DNA of 64,000 nt from a candidate division FCPU426 bacterium. Lineage in GTDB: Bacteria > Oederibacteriota > Muellerivitia > Muellerivitales > Muellerivitaceae. The position numbers were made by a program, and so were the translations under genes. How positions within the stretch are numbered: position 1 is the first letter of the stretch; the number at the start of each line of letters is the position of its first letter. The notes beneath the pieces are model-generated. The model worked only from the letters and a program-made list of their open reading frames with translations, searched no databases and was not told where the DNA came from. Below, in pieces: positions 49,564 through 60,018 of this stretch. The stretch spans positions 1 to 64,000 of the forward strand of contig CAWKAR010000033.1 in NCBI GenBank assembly GCA_963847625.1. The letters run 5' to 3'.

Positions 49564-51990
49564 ATGCCGAAGACCTCCACCACCTTCCTTATATTACGCT
49601 TGTTCGTCCTTTTGGTTTGGACCTGCTTGATAGGAACCGGTTCCGCGCGGGCAGGCATTACCAGCAAAGGCACCGAGTTTTGGATGACCTTCCCCCAGGG
49701 CATTTCCGCCAACGCTCTGCAGATCTTTATCACCAGCGAAACCGGAACCAACGGCCAGGTGCAGATTCCGGGTTTGGGTTTCAGCGCCTCCTTCACATTG
49801 GCGTCCTACGGCGCCACCCAGATCGCCCTGCCTGCCGGGGCCCAGGCTGTCTCCATGGACGGCATCCAGGACATCGGCATCCATGTCACGGCGGCGGACC
49901 AGGTGTCGGTGTACGGCTACAACTACACGCCGCAGGCTTCCGACGGGTACCTGGCCCTCCCGGTGGAGGCCCTGGGCGTGAGCTACATGGCCTATTCCTA
50001 CTACAACCAGACCTACAATGGGAACACCATGCTGGGAAGCGAATTCGCGGTCGTGGCCACCCAGGACTGCACCCGCGTGACCGTCACGCCCCAAATCTTC
50101 ATGACCGGGCACGCCGCCAACGTGCCCTTCACCCTGACGCTCAACCAGGGGGAGGTTTACCAGCTCCAGGACGATGACGACAACGCAGACCTGACCGGAA
50201 CCTTGATCACTTCCGACAAACCCGTGGCGGTCATCGGGGGGCACCTTTGCGATTACGTTCCCCGCTATATCCAGTCCTGCAACTACCTGGTGGAACAGTT
50301 CTGGCCTCTTCAATGGTGGGGAACAAGGTTCGCCACCATGCCCTTTGCCACGAGAACCGGCGGGGACACCCTGCGGTTCCTGGCTTGGGATGATTCCACG
50401 ACCGTCCTGGTGAACGGTTCCCTCGCGGCCTCCCTGAGCCACGGCCAGTTTTACGAGAACACCTATGCCACGCCCCTCTACATCACCTCCAACAACCCTA
50501 TCTACGTCATGCAGTACGCCAACGGACAGCTTTACGACAACAACTCCAACTCGGACCCGACCATGATATCCATCCCGCCCCTGAATGAATTAGCCTCCGA
50601 TTACCTTTTGGAGACCCCCTCCTCGGGCTTCACGGGAAATTACGAAAACATCGTGGCGCCGACCTCGTCCACGGGGTCCGTTTCCCTGGACGGCGCGCCT
50701 TTCGCCGCCTCCGGCTGGACGGCCATCCCCGGGAGCGGTTATTCCGGCTTCCAAGTCGGGACGGGAACGGGCCCGCATTATTTGACCGGCTCTGCGCCTT
50801 TCGGGGTCGTGGCTTACGGCTTCGGCCAGGCGGACGCCTACGGTTATCCGGCGGGTGTTTCCTTCAGCGCCAATACGCCGGTTCCCACCGAAACTCCCGG
50901 CGGGGCCTGTCCCACCCTGACTCCCACTCCGACCCCAACCCCCACCTCCACCCGCACCCCGAGCCCCACCCCGACCATTACTTCAACGCCTACCCTTACC
51001 AATACCCGGACTCCCACCAAGACCCCCACGGCCACTTCTACCCCTACCCTCACAAAAACCCCAACGTCCACGAACACGCCTACTCCAACACCTACCTCCT
51101 CACTCTTAACTCCTTCTTTCACTTTTACGCCCACCCCTACGAATTCGCCCACGTTGATTTTATCGGAAACGCTCACACCGACCCCGGCTTCCACCAATAC
51201 CCCCACCGATACCCCTACCGGAACACCCACGCCCACAGAAACTCCCATGAATACGGTGACACCTAGTCCGACTTCAACACCCCCCTCCACGGACACCCCA
51301 AGTCCCACGTCCACTCCTACTGGCACCCCGACTCCAACGGATTCGATGACGCCTACGGCGTCCCTCACCGCTATGCCTTCGGCTTCGCCAACTTTTTCCT
51401 ACACCTTTACCCCTACTTATTCACCGACTGATAGCCCCACCGCCTCGCCTTCGGCCTCACCAACTCCAACCTTTACTTTTACTCCTACCCCCACTAATAC
51501 CCCGACTTCTATTGTTTCACCTACACCAACTCCTTCTATTACTTTTACCTTAACCCCGATCAATTCACCGACGGATAGCCCTACTGCTTCACCTTCGCCT
51601 TCTCCAACGCCAACTTCCACCTTGACCTCAACGCCCACCAATTCGCCTACACTCACTCCCACCTCCTCACTTCTTACTCCTACCTACACTTATGCACAAA
51701 CACCACCCTCCAGCCCCTGCGAAATCCATGTTTGGCCTGTGCCGTTCAACCCGGACACGGCGGTCGGGGGGGTCTTGAAGGTTTCCTGCCTACCCCCGGG
51801 CGCGACCGTGGTTTTTTACACGGTATCGGGCGAGGAAGTGAACCGGGTGGAGGAAAAAGGGGGCATGGCGACCTGGGACGGGCTGGACCGATACGGCGCA
51901 CCCACGGCATCGGGGCTTTATTTTTACGTGATCCAGTCGGGAGGGAATGTCCTGCGGCAAGGGAAAATCATCCTGTTGAACGGACGTTGA
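49564..51990 (+). CDS. IgGFc-binding-like domain protein with long Thr/Pro/Ser stalk and CTD
   Basis: GTEFW..F, SDGYLALP..LG..Y, LTGT.ITSDKPVAV.GG, DP.M..IPP. Confidence 0.85.
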   Translation: MPKTSTTFLILRLFVLLVWTCLIGTGSARAGITSKGTEFWMTFPQGISANALQIFITSETGTNGQVQIPGLGFSASFTLASYGATQIALPAGAQAVSMDGIQDIGIHVTAADQVSVYGYNYTPQASDGYLALPVEALGVSYMAYSYYNQTYNGNTMLGSEFAVVATQDCTRVTVTPQIFMTGHAANVPFTLTLNQGEVYQLQDDDDNADLTGTLITSDKPVAVIGGHLCDYVPRYIQSCNYLVEQFWPLQWWGTRFATMPFATRTGGDTLRFLAWDDSTTVLVNGSLAASLSHGQFYENTYATPLYITSNNPIYVMQYANGQLYDNNSNSDPTMISIPPLNELASDYLLETPSSGFTGNYENIVAPTSSTGSVSLDGAPFAASGWTAIPGSGYSGFQVGTGTGPHYLTGSAPFGVVAYGFGQADAYGYPAGVSFSANTPVPTETPGGACPTLTPTPTPTPTSTRTPSPTPTITSTPTLTNTRTPTKTPTATSTPTLTKTPTSTNTPTPTPTSSLLTPSFTFTPTPTNSPTLILSETLTPTPASTNTPTDTPTGTPTPTETPMNTVTPSPTSTPPSTDTPSPTSTPTGTPTPTDSMTPTASLTAMPSASPTFSYTFTPTYSPTDSPTASPSASPTPTFTFTPTPTNTPTSIVSPTPTPSITFTLTPINSPTDSPTASPSPSPTPTSTLTSTPTNSPTLTPTSSLLTPTYTYAQTPPSSPCEIHVWPVPFNPDTAVGGVLKVSCLPPGATVVFYTVSGEEVNRVEEKGGMATWDGLDRYGAPTASGLYFYVIQSGGNVLRQGKIILLNGR

Positions 51991-52130
51991 GCCAAAAGGA
52001 AACTAAGGGGCCAAGCTGAGTTACCCCGATTTATCGGCACCTTCATTTAGGGTGGTTCAGCCTACAAAACCCCACCCGTAAAATCATTGTCCATGACAGG
52101 TCTTGGAAGCCCTTGTGGTAAAATCAACTT

Positions 52131-52260
52131 GAAACCTCTGAAAAACTAAAAAAAGCGACCAACAGAGGTTTCGACCCCAAAGATTTCCGCAGGAAATCGT
52201 GGGGTTACCTTTAATAATTGCTGAAAAAGTTGGCGATAAGCCGACTTTTTCAGAGGTTAC
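52131..52260. mobile_element. 130-bp MITE with 15-bp TIRs and 5-bp TSD
   Basis: GAAACCTCTGAAAAA/TTTTTCAGAGGTTAC; AACTT at 52126-30 and 52261-65. Confidence 0.8.
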
Positions 52261-52322
52261 AACTTAATTCGCGAGGCGGGCGAACTATATTTCCCGGAAT
52301 GTTTTTTTAAAAGCGTGAAAAA

Positions 52323-55301
52323 TTGAATATCAAATCCCATATTAAAAAAGCCGAAATCGTTCTTACCGCTTTAGCTTTTTGGGGTATCGCCAATGGTTCC
52401 CCTTTCCGGCCTCAAGGCGGATTTTCCCAACCCCAACCCAGGCTGAATCCCGCGTTAAAAGCCCGTGCTCTGCAAGCCTACGGTGAACTCCCCTTGGCTT
52501 TTGAGATCAACCAAGGCCAGACTGACCCCGATATCAAATATCTCTGCCGGGGCCGGGGATGCGGGTTGTATATGGGGTCCTCGCAAATAGTCCTAGTTTT
52601 CAAGCATGCTGATTCACCCAGCCCTTCCCGAATTTTGGACCCAAAGAAGTTTTTTTCCAATACCCGGCGCGAAAGGCCCCGTTATTCAACGGACTTCCTA
52701 CGGATGGATCTTTTAAATGCCGATCCTCATGCCATGGCACAAGGTGAAGATCCTCTTCCTGGAGTCAGCAATTATTTTATTGGGAAGGACCCGTCCAAGT
52801 GGAGGACTGGAATTCCCCATTACGCCCGGGTCCGGATCGGCGGAGTCTATCCGGGGATTGATCTGGAATATTACGGCAACCAGGGCCGTTTGGAGCACGA
52901 TTTCGCCGTTTCTCCCGGGGCGGACCCTCGCGCCATCCAGTGGCACATTTCAGGTGCGAAGAAGTTAGAGATTGATTCCAAAGGTGCTTTGGTCTTTTCC
53001 ATTTCGGGCGGGTCCGTGGTTTTCGATCCTCCGGTTTGTTACCAGGACCTGGGGGGTCAAAAAACAGAGATCCACGGTCGTTACAAGGTTTTGGGGCCAA
53101 ACTTGGTCGGCTTTGAGATAGGGGATTACCGCAAGGACAAGGTTCTGGTCATTGACCCGGTCCTGATTTACTCGACCTTCCTGGGGGGCTCGCAGGGGGA
53201 TTCGGCGGCCGGCGTCGCCGCGGACCAGGCCGGAAATGCCTATGTCACCGGAAGCGCCTCCCAGGATTTTCCCACGACGCCAGGCGCTTTCCTCACATCC
53301 CCACCCAATCCCACTTTAATCATATTCATATCCAAGCTCGATCCGACAGGATCCACCTTAATTTATTCGACTTTCCTGGGGGGAAGCGACACTGGAAGCA
53401 ACGAGGATACTGCCCATGCAATCGCAGTGGATTCAGGTGGAAACGCCTATGTTACCGGTACAACCGATTCAACCGATTTTCCAATCACGCCTGGGGCCTA
53501 TAATACGGTGAATCCCGGTGGTTATGTCGGTTTCGTTACCAAGTTGAACGCCGCGGGGAATGGATTGGCCTATTCTACCTACCTGGGATCCGGCAGTGGA
53601 GCCGCCATTGCGCTGGATATCCCAGGCAACGCTTATGTTGCTGGAAACGCTGGCGCTAATTTTCCCACCACGGCAGGGGTTTTTCAAACCACTGGAGGTT
53701 TTCTTTTCGCCCTCAAGCTGAACACGATGGGAACAGGCCTGGTTTATTCCACCCGTTTGGGGGGTGACGGCAACATCCGCCACAGCATAGGCGGGGAAAC
53801 GGCCCAAGGAATCGAGGTCGATTCCTCGGGCGACGCTTATTTGACCGGAGGAACCTATTCCTCCAATTTCCCGACCACGCCGGGGTGCTACATGCCCAAC
53901 GATCCCGCTATCCTGGACGGGGCTGGGTATTATTCACTGGAACATGTCTTTGTGGCCAAGTTGAATTCTTCCGCAACCGCCCTGGTCTATTCGACCTACC
54001 TGGGCGGGAACTCGAACGACACGGGCTTCGGGATTGCTTTGGATTCCGCCGGAAACGCTTATGTCACGGGAAGGACTTATTCTTCCACTTTTCCCACGAC
54101 TTCCGGAGCCTTTCAAACCGCCCTTTCCACCGGGGGCCTCGATGTTTTCATCACCCAGTTGAACAGCGCGGGATCCGCGTTGGTTTACTCGACTTATTTG
54201 GGCGGCAATGGAGGGGGTACGGGAGGCGAGGAGGGTACTGGAATTGCGGTGGATGGCTGGGGAAACGCTTATGTCGTAGGCGATACTTTTTCCAGCAATT
54301 TTCCAACGACGTCGGATGCCCTCATCCCCGTATATCCCAATTCGTGGCCGGCAGCTTTCTTAACGGTATTTAACACCACGGGGGCGGGATTGCTTTATTC
54401 CACCTACCTGGGGGGGAATCTTTATGATGGGGCCTCAGCCATCGCCCTGGACCCATCGGGGGACATTTATGTCGCGGGCCATGCGCAATCCCCCAATTTC
54501 CCAACGACTTCGGGAGCTTATCAAACCACCCTCCAAGGATACTTGGACGCCTTTGTCACAAAATTCGCCTTTGTGATCGTCCAACCCACGCCAACTTTCA
54601 CTTTTACCCCGACTAACACACCCACGGTGACTAACACCCCCACGCCGACGAATACGCCCACACCGACCAATACCCCTACTAATACACCTACCCCCACCCC
54701 GACACCCACGCCTTCCTCCACGCCCACACCGACCAATACATCCACGGTGACCGACACGCCCACGCCGACGAATACGGCCACGCCAACCAACACGCTTACG
54801 GATACGCCTACCGCCACCCCGACACAAACTCCCTCTCCCACTCCTACGCCGACCGACACTCCCACCCTTACCCCGACCTCCACGCCCACTCCTACCCCTA
54901 CCCCCACTTTCACATTCACCCCAACCAACACATCAACAAACACTCCCACGCCGACATCAACGGCCACCTGGACGCCCACCTCGACGCCGACGTTCACTTG
55001 CACGCCTACCGCGACATACACTCCCCCTTGTGAAACCCATGTTTGGCCGGTGCCGTTTGACCCGGACACGGCGGTCGGGGGGGTTTTGAAGGTTTCCTGC
55101 CTGCCCCCGGGCGCGACCGTGGATTTTTACTCGGTATCGGGCGAGGAAATAAAGCGGGTGGAGGAAAAAGGGGGAATGGCGGCATGGAACGGGCGGAACC
55201 AATCCGGTGCGCCATCGTCATCCGGGATTTATTTCTACGTGATCCAGTCGGGGGGGAGCGTCCTGCGGGAAGGAAAGATCATCCTTTTGAACGGACGTTG
55301 A
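52323..55301 (+). CDS. SBBP beta-propeller repeat surface protein with Thr/Pro stalk and CTD
   Basis: FE.NQGQ, repeated YSTYLGG..D....[16 protein letters not shown]. Confidence 0.9.
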   Translation: MNIKSHIKKAEIVLTALAFWGIANGSPFRPQGGFSQPQPRLNPALKARALQAYGELPLAFEINQGQTDPDIKYLCRGRGCGLYMGSSQIVLVFKHADSPSPSRILDPKKFFSNTRRERPRYSTDFLRMDLLNADPHAMAQGEDPLPGVSNYFIGKDPSKWRTGIPHYARVRIGGVYPGIDLEYYGNQGRLEHDFAVSPGADPRAIQWHISGAKKLEIDSKGALVFSISGGSVVFDPPVCYQDLGGQKTEIHGRYKVLGPNLVGFEIGDYRKDKVLVIDPVLIYSTFLGGSQGDSAAGVAADQAGNAYVTGSASQDFPTTPGAFLTSPPNPTLIIFISKLDPTGSTLIYSTFLGGSDTGSNEDTAHAIAVDSGGNAYVTGTTDSTDFPITPGAYNTVNPGGYVGFVTKLNAAGNGLAYSTYLGSGSGAAIALDIPGNAYVAGNAGANFPTTAGVFQTTGGFLFALKLNTMGTGLVYSTRLGGDGNIRHSIGGETAQGIEVDSSGDAYLTGGTYSSNFPTTPGCYMPNDPAILDGAGYYSLEHVFVAKLNSSATALVYSTYLGGNSNDTGFGIALDSAGNAYVTGRTYSSTFPTTSGAFQTALSTGGLDVFITQLNSAGSALVYSTYLGGNGGGTGGEEGTGIAVDGWGNAYVVGDTFSSNFPTTSDALIPVYPNSWPAAFLTVFNTTGAGLLYSTYLGGNLYDGASAIALDPSGDIYVAGHAQSPNFPTTSGAYQTTLQGYLDAFVTKFAFVIVQPTPTFTFTPTNTPTVTNTPTPTNTPTPTNTPTNTPTPTPTPTPSSTPTPTNTSTVTDTPTPTNTATPTNTLTDTPTATPTQTPSPTPTPTDTPTLTPTSTPTPTPTPTFTFTPTNTSTNTPTPTSTATWTPTSTPTFTCTPTATYTPPCETHVWPVPFDPDTAVGGVLKVSCLPPGATVDFYSVSGEEIKRVEEKGGMAAWNGRNQSGAPSSSGIYFYVIQSGGSVLREGKIILLNGR

Positions 55302-55313
55302 ATAAATACAATG

Positions 55314-56363
55314 CTGAATTCAACCAGTAAGTGCAACACCTTGACTAAAGACCTGCTCCGGCGTTTTGAAACGAAGGCACTTGCGAGGACGATGGTTTAG
55401 GATCCGTTCCACGCGTCGTACATTCGCTGGGGTTATAGTAGCAAAATCCGTTTTCTTGGGATAGAAGCGACGAACAAGACCTGCAGTATTTTCAACACAA
55501 CCTTTCTCCCAACTGTGGAAGGGCAAACAAAAGAATGAACGAGTGCCTGAAACACGATTCACCTGGAGATGTTCGACGTTTTCGGAGCCATTGTCGTATG
55601 TGATGGTACGGCGGAGGCCTTTTGAAATCCGAACCAACCGACGGTTGATTGCGGCTCTAGTGTGGAAAGCTGATTTTTGAGGTAGCCAAGCCAGTTTCAC
55701 CAGACGACTTTTGCGCTCGACCATAACCAGAAGTGAGGGTTTGCTTTTCCGGGAGATGATGGTGTCGGCCTCCCAGTGCCCGAATTGCTGTCTTGTTTCA
55801 ACGATAGCTGGTCGTTGGGTAATGGGAGTACGTTGAGGAATATGGCTTTTGCGATGTTTTTGAGTGTGCCAACGTCGCAAACGTTTTCGATGGGCCCGGG
55901 CTAGATGAGGAATGAGGTTTCGAGCTTCGCAGTAGATGAATTGATAGATGGCTTCATGGGAAACGGAAAGTTTTGGTTTCTCCCGGCGAAGAAAACCGGC
56001 AATTTGCTCGGGCGAGAGTCCACGAGGTATTTCTCGCAGTACTAAACGGCGAATCTCAGGATTTTTAAGCCTTAAATGAGTACGTGAAAGACGGTTTCGG
56101 TGTTCTGCACGCATGTGAGCTCTGGCGGGCAGGTAGCGGCAAGATCGTATAGGAGGGGCGTTGCGCTTCAGTTCTCGGGAAATGCTGGATACATCACGGC
56201 CCAGACGGCGTGCGATTTCCCGAAGGGAGAGGCCTTCAGCATTCCAAACTGAAATTTCTTCACGTTCGGCTAACGACAGATGCTTGTAGGATGATTTCAT
56301 AGCACTTAGGATAACCCCCGGGTTCTGCCGGGTCTAAGTGTTGCACTTCGTTATTGAACTGGG
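55314..56363 (-). mobile_element. IS30-family element, distinct from the one at 36658
   Basis: IRs sharing TTCAA-N6-AAGTGCAACAC; ends approximate. Confidence 0.9.
55320..56300 (-). CDS. IS30 transposase
   Basis: GHWEADT, TYDNGSE, WEKGCVEN, LNHRPRKCL. Confidence 0.95.
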   Translation of the reverse strand: MKSSYKHLSLAEREEISVWNAEGLSLREIARRLGRDVSSISRELKRNAPPIRSCRYLPARAHMRAEHRNRLSRTHLRLKNPEIRRLVLREIPRGLSPEQIAGFLRREKPKLSVSHEAIYQFIYCEARNLIPHLARAHRKRLRRWHTQKHRKSHIPQRTPITQRPAIVETRQQFGHWEADTIISRKSKPSLLVMVERKSRLVKLAWLPQKSAFHTRAAINRRLVRISKGLRRTITYDNGSENVEHLQVNRVSGTRSFFCLPFHSWEKGCVENTAGLVRRFYPKKTDFATITPANVRRVERILNHRPRKCLRFKTPEQVFSQGVALTG

Positions 56364-56796
56364 GAATTTTGAATTATGAATTTTGAATGAATAATTGTGG
56401 TGTGATTTTCAATATTGAAAATCCTCATTAATTCTTCATTAATAATCATTGCCGTCCAAACTAAACAAAATCCAGGTAACAAAGATAAATAAAATCAGGA
56501 ATCCTTTTATCTGTTAGGCGTTAAGCAAAACCAAGTCCTTTGCCACGGATTCAGGGGATGTGCCGATTCACCCCTAAAGCAGTTAAGGAAATCGGTACTA
56601 TACCGAACTTTCATTAAAAGCTTTAATGAGGTTCGGCATGCACTCGGATAGACCACAAAAAAAAGGCTTTAAATATTTATGTTTATAAATCCCATGAATC
56701 CCATGCATCCGTGGCTAGGTTTATTTTGGACAGGTGTGATTAATAATTATGAATTCTTAATTGATCTAAATAGGGGCTTTCGTTAATCCTTGTTCT

Positions 56797-57819
56797 TTAA
56801 CGGTTTTTCAATTGCTCAAGCCACAATTCCAAAGTCCTCATGTTTCCCAGGGAATCGGCCCAGGGCATGGGCGCGGCTTCCTTTTTTCCCTTTAGGATCG
56901 CCTCTCCCACCACGTCCGCCTCGATAGTGAAGGCCATTCTTTTTTCCACGAGTTTCAACCGCCGGGATTTAGCTTGCCCGCCGGGATATATCAAAATCTC
57001 CGAGACGCCGTTGGACCAGCGGCCCGGGTGCCAGGGGGACGGCGTGTGGATGCGGCCCTTTGATCCCCAAACCGTCACACCCACTCCCCGGTCCAGGCGG
57101 ATCCCGCATCCCACCTCGGCCAGGACGCCATTGGGGAATTGAAGGGAAGCCAGGGCCATCTCATCCACCCGGCTTTTTTTCCCGATGACGCCGGTGCCGG
57201 CCACCTTTACCGGGTCGAGGAACGGCTTGCCCAAGGCGGCGCCCGCAAGGCGGCGCGCCATGGAAACGGGATAACAGCCGATGTCCAGGATTCCCCCGCC
57301 GCCCAGCTTCTTGTTGAATAGGCGGTGCATTAAATCCACGGGCCTCTCGAAGCAAAAATAGGTTTGGATCAACCTCACTTCGCCGACGGTTTTTTTCTCC
57401 ACCAACTCCACCAACCGGGCGGTTTGGGGATGGCATCGGTACATGAAGGCCTCCATGAGAAACACCCGGTTGGCCTTTGCGGCCATTACGACCTCCCGCG
57501 CTTCCCGGAAGTTCATGGTCAAGGGCTTTTCACAAAGCACGTGCTTGCCCGCACGCGCGGCCCGGATGGACCATTCGGCGTGGTAAGGGTGGGGCGTAGC
57601 GATATAGACGGCCTCCACCTCGGGATCGTCCAGCAACGCCTGATAGGAGCCGTAAGCAAGGGGGATTTTGAATTCCTCCGCGAAATTCGAGGCTGAAGCG
57701 CGCGCGCGGCTGGCCACGGCCAGTAATTTTCCGGTTTTGGTATATTTCAACGCCTCCGCGAATTCCCTGGCGATGACCCCCGTGGAAAGGATGCCCCAAT
57801 TCACCTTTTTAGGACCCAT
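56797..57819 (-). CDS. Gfo/Idh/MocA oxidoreductase
   Basis: WGILSTG.IA, GKHVLCEKP, GGG.LDIGCY. Confidence 0.93.
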   Translation of the reverse strand: MGPKKVNWGILSTGVIAREFAEALKYTKTGKLLAVASRARASASNFAEEFKIPLAYGSYQALLDDPEVEAVYIATPHPYHAEWSIRAARAGKHVLCEKPLTMNFREAREVVMAAKANRVFLMEAFMYRCHPQTARLVELVEKKTVGEVRLIQTYFCFERPVDLMHRLFNKKLGGGGILDIGCYPVSMARRLAGAALGKPFLDPVKVAGTGVIGKKSRVDEMALASLQFPNGVLAEVGCGIRLDRGVGVTVWGSKGRIHTPSPWHPGRWSNGVSEILIYPGGQAKSRRLKLVEKRMAFTIEADVVGEAILKGKKEAAPMPWADSLGNMRTLELWLEQLKNR

Positions 57820-58050
57820 GGATTAACCTCTTTTTGAATTTGGCTTAATAATACCTACCCTTATGCCGGTTTCATTCTACCAGCCGTTACGGGACTGGGC
57901 TATGGAGGTTAAAAGGTGGGAAAATCCAAAAAGAAAATATTTCAACAGCTAGATTTTCTTCGCACTATTGTTCCTTGATTGATGAAATGTTCGGCATAAA
58001 CGCCCCAAAAGGGATTATCCTTACTCCAATGGAAACAATCTACAGCGGGT

Positions 58051-58383
58051 TTGAAAATGCCGGAGATTGAAATGGACCTGGACCGGAAGATCCTGGCACT
58101 CTTAAGGGAACGAGGCTCGGAATTGAGCCGCCCCCACGAGGTCGAGTTTTATATTTATTTCCGGACGGAAAAAGACGCCCTGGAGGCGTCCCCCGGGATC
58201 GCCGGGGCGGGATATCACGTCCAGGTTCTCCAGGATTCCTCGGGGGACCGTTGGTTGTGCCTGGCCCGGAGGGCCATGGTGCCCACCCTTGGGGCGATCG
58301 GGAAGGCCCATGAGGAGCTTCAAAAAGCGTCCCGGCCTTTCAACGGCTTCTGCGGGGGATGGGCGACCCAGGTTGAACATTAA
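58051..58383 (+). CDS. RraB-like small protein
   Basis: L...GS.LS.PH.VEFY.YF and C-terminal G...GW; start uncertain. Confidence 0.7.
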   Translation: MKMPEIEMDLDRKILALLRERGSELSRPHEVEFYIYFRTEKDALEASPGIAGAGYHVQVLQDSSGDRWLCLARRAMVPTLGAIGKAHEELQKASRPFNGFCGGWATQVEH

Positions 58384-58545
58384 GGAAACGAGGAATCCAT
58401 TTCTTTAATCCGATTTTCCGGGTCTTATAGGAGCTTTTGGTCAAAAAACTAGAAAAAGCGCCTTTTCTCCGATATCTTGGTTTCGGTCGGTGAGGCTTCT
58501 TGAAGAGCCGTAGGACGTGGAAAGAGTGATAAAAGGAAAGGTCCC

Positions 58546-58998
58546 TTGATCAACAAGATCGCCCAGGAACTCAAGCTCACGGTGGTCAACGCCAAGCCCA
58601 GCCACCTGCCTTTTTTGGGGGAAATCCAACATGCCACCACGCCGCGGTGGTACAGGAAACCCTACCTGAGGGAAGCCATCCGGAAAAAACGGGCTTTCGT
58701 GGCCATGCAGGGCCGCATCCCCTGCGGGGTCCTGGTCTGGACCAACGACTTTTACGGCCATTACTTCATCGACCTGGTCGCGGTGCACCCGGAGTTCCGG
58801 GGAAAAGGCGCGGCCATGGCCCTGATCCGGCGCATGGAAACCCTTTGCCGGGGAAAAAAACTGTTCACCTCCACCAACCGCTCCAACAAACACATGCAGC
58901 ACGTTTTAAGGAAAGCCGGCTACGTGAAGGCCGGTTTCATCACCCACCTGGAGCGGAGCGATCCGGAATGGGTTTATTACAAGAAAATCCCCGAATAA
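58546..58998 (+). CDS. GNAT acetyltransferase
   Basis: VHPEFRGKGAA, FTSTN.SN..M. Confidence 0.85.
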   Translation: MINKIAQELKLTVVNAKPSHLPFLGEIQHATTPRWYRKPYLREAIRKKRAFVAMQGRIPCGVLVWTNDFYGHYFIDLVAVHPEFRGKGAAMALIRRMETLCRGKKLFTSTNRSNKHMQHVLRKAGYVKAGFITHLERSDPEWVYYKKIPE

Positions 58999-59070
58999 AC
59001 CGGCCTGGCGGAATAATTTCCTTCCTGAATAGCTTTTCCTGGGTCGGCGTTCCGGCTTTTGGAAAATTCC

Positions 59071-59307
59071 TTATGTTTTCAGGGTTTCTTCCAGCATTTT
59101 CGCCAGGACTTGGCAGCAACAATCAAAGGCCATTTTCTGTTGGCCGGGGCCCGAATCCTCCGAGAACTTCAATCGGGGGCTTTGGTGGTGTTCAGGACAG
59201 TCCAGGTGAGAAACCTTTTCCTGCATGGACTTGAGGACGGCCTCCAAGGCGTCTTTCTGCAACTTTTTTTGGAAACTATCGCTTTCCTGGGAAATAAAGG
59301 AATCCAT
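59071..59307 (-). CDS. Small putative metal-binding protein
   Basis: GGAGG RBS; CPEH and CCC motifs. Confidence 0.65.
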   Translation of the reverse strand: MDSFISQESDSFQKKLQKDALEAVLKSMQEKVSHLDCPEHHQSPRLKFSEDSGPGQQKMAFDCCCQVLAKMLEETLKT

Positions 59308-59322
59308 CCGGCGCCTCCATTC

Positions 59323-59355
59323 AAAAAAAAAGCCCGTCCTTTTGGGACGGGCTTT
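59323..59355. terminator. Intrinsic terminator
   Basis: A9-GCCCGTCC-ttttg-GGACGGGC-TTT downstream of the LysM gene. Confidence 0.85.
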
Positions 59356-59369
59356 AGGTCATCCGACGG

Positions 59370-59795
59370 TTAAAAATAATCCAAAGGCAAGGTTTGGCGG
59401 GGCTTGGAATGGGGCACATACTTCGGTGTTTTCAAGGCTAAATCCCTGGCATGCGAAACTTCAGCCTTGCTCACTCCCTTCAGGATTTTGAAATCCTGCT
59501 TGGGATAGATCAAATCTGGGTCCTTGATGGTGTCGCGGTTGGCCTTGAAAATCAAAGGCCACTGGAAATTATCGCTATAAACATCCGTTTTTCCGGCGAT
59601 GCCCCAAAGGGTATCGTGCGCTACCACCAAATACTTGCCGGAGGCAACTTTCGAAGCCTTGACCGACACCTCTTCGTTGGAGGCTTTTTTCTTCGGGACT
59701 TCCGTGCTTTCAATGCGCTTGTTTGTACCGCAGCCATAGGTCAGTGTGAAGGCGGCCGCTAAAGACATAGCCAAAACAATTTTTGATCCCTTCAT
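59370..59795 (-). CDS. LysM-domain lipoprotein
   Basis: Lipobox YGC; Y.V..HDTLWGIA..WP.IF.AN..I.DPDLIYP. Confidence 0.88.
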   Translation of the reverse strand: MKGSKIVLAMSLAAAFTLTYGCGTNKRIESTEVPKKKASNEEVSVKASKVASGKYLVVAHDTLWGIAGKTDVYSDNFQWPLIFKANRDTIKDPDLIYPKQDFKILKGVSKAEVSHARDLALKTPKYVPHSKPRQTLPLDYF

Positions 59796-60018
59796 ATTTC
59801 AACTCCTTGATGTAGTGCCAACTTGTGTAACGGTTATTTTGCCCTTAAAAGCCCGACGAATCAAGGGATTTAAAGTCTCTTTGGGGAAAGAATACGGCCA
59901 TTCAAGGCAATAAAAACCGTGAAAAGGGCCGGGTTTAAAAAGAAATAAAGTAAAATTTTCACTCATATCCGAGGATAACCGCTTTGAGATTGCGCAGTCA
60001 CTTTTAAAACCGGTTGTT

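Noticed and set aside
50844..55069. Val/Gly-rich antisense ORFs (also 17015-17203)
   Set aside because: They are reverse-strand shadows of Thr/Pro repeats.
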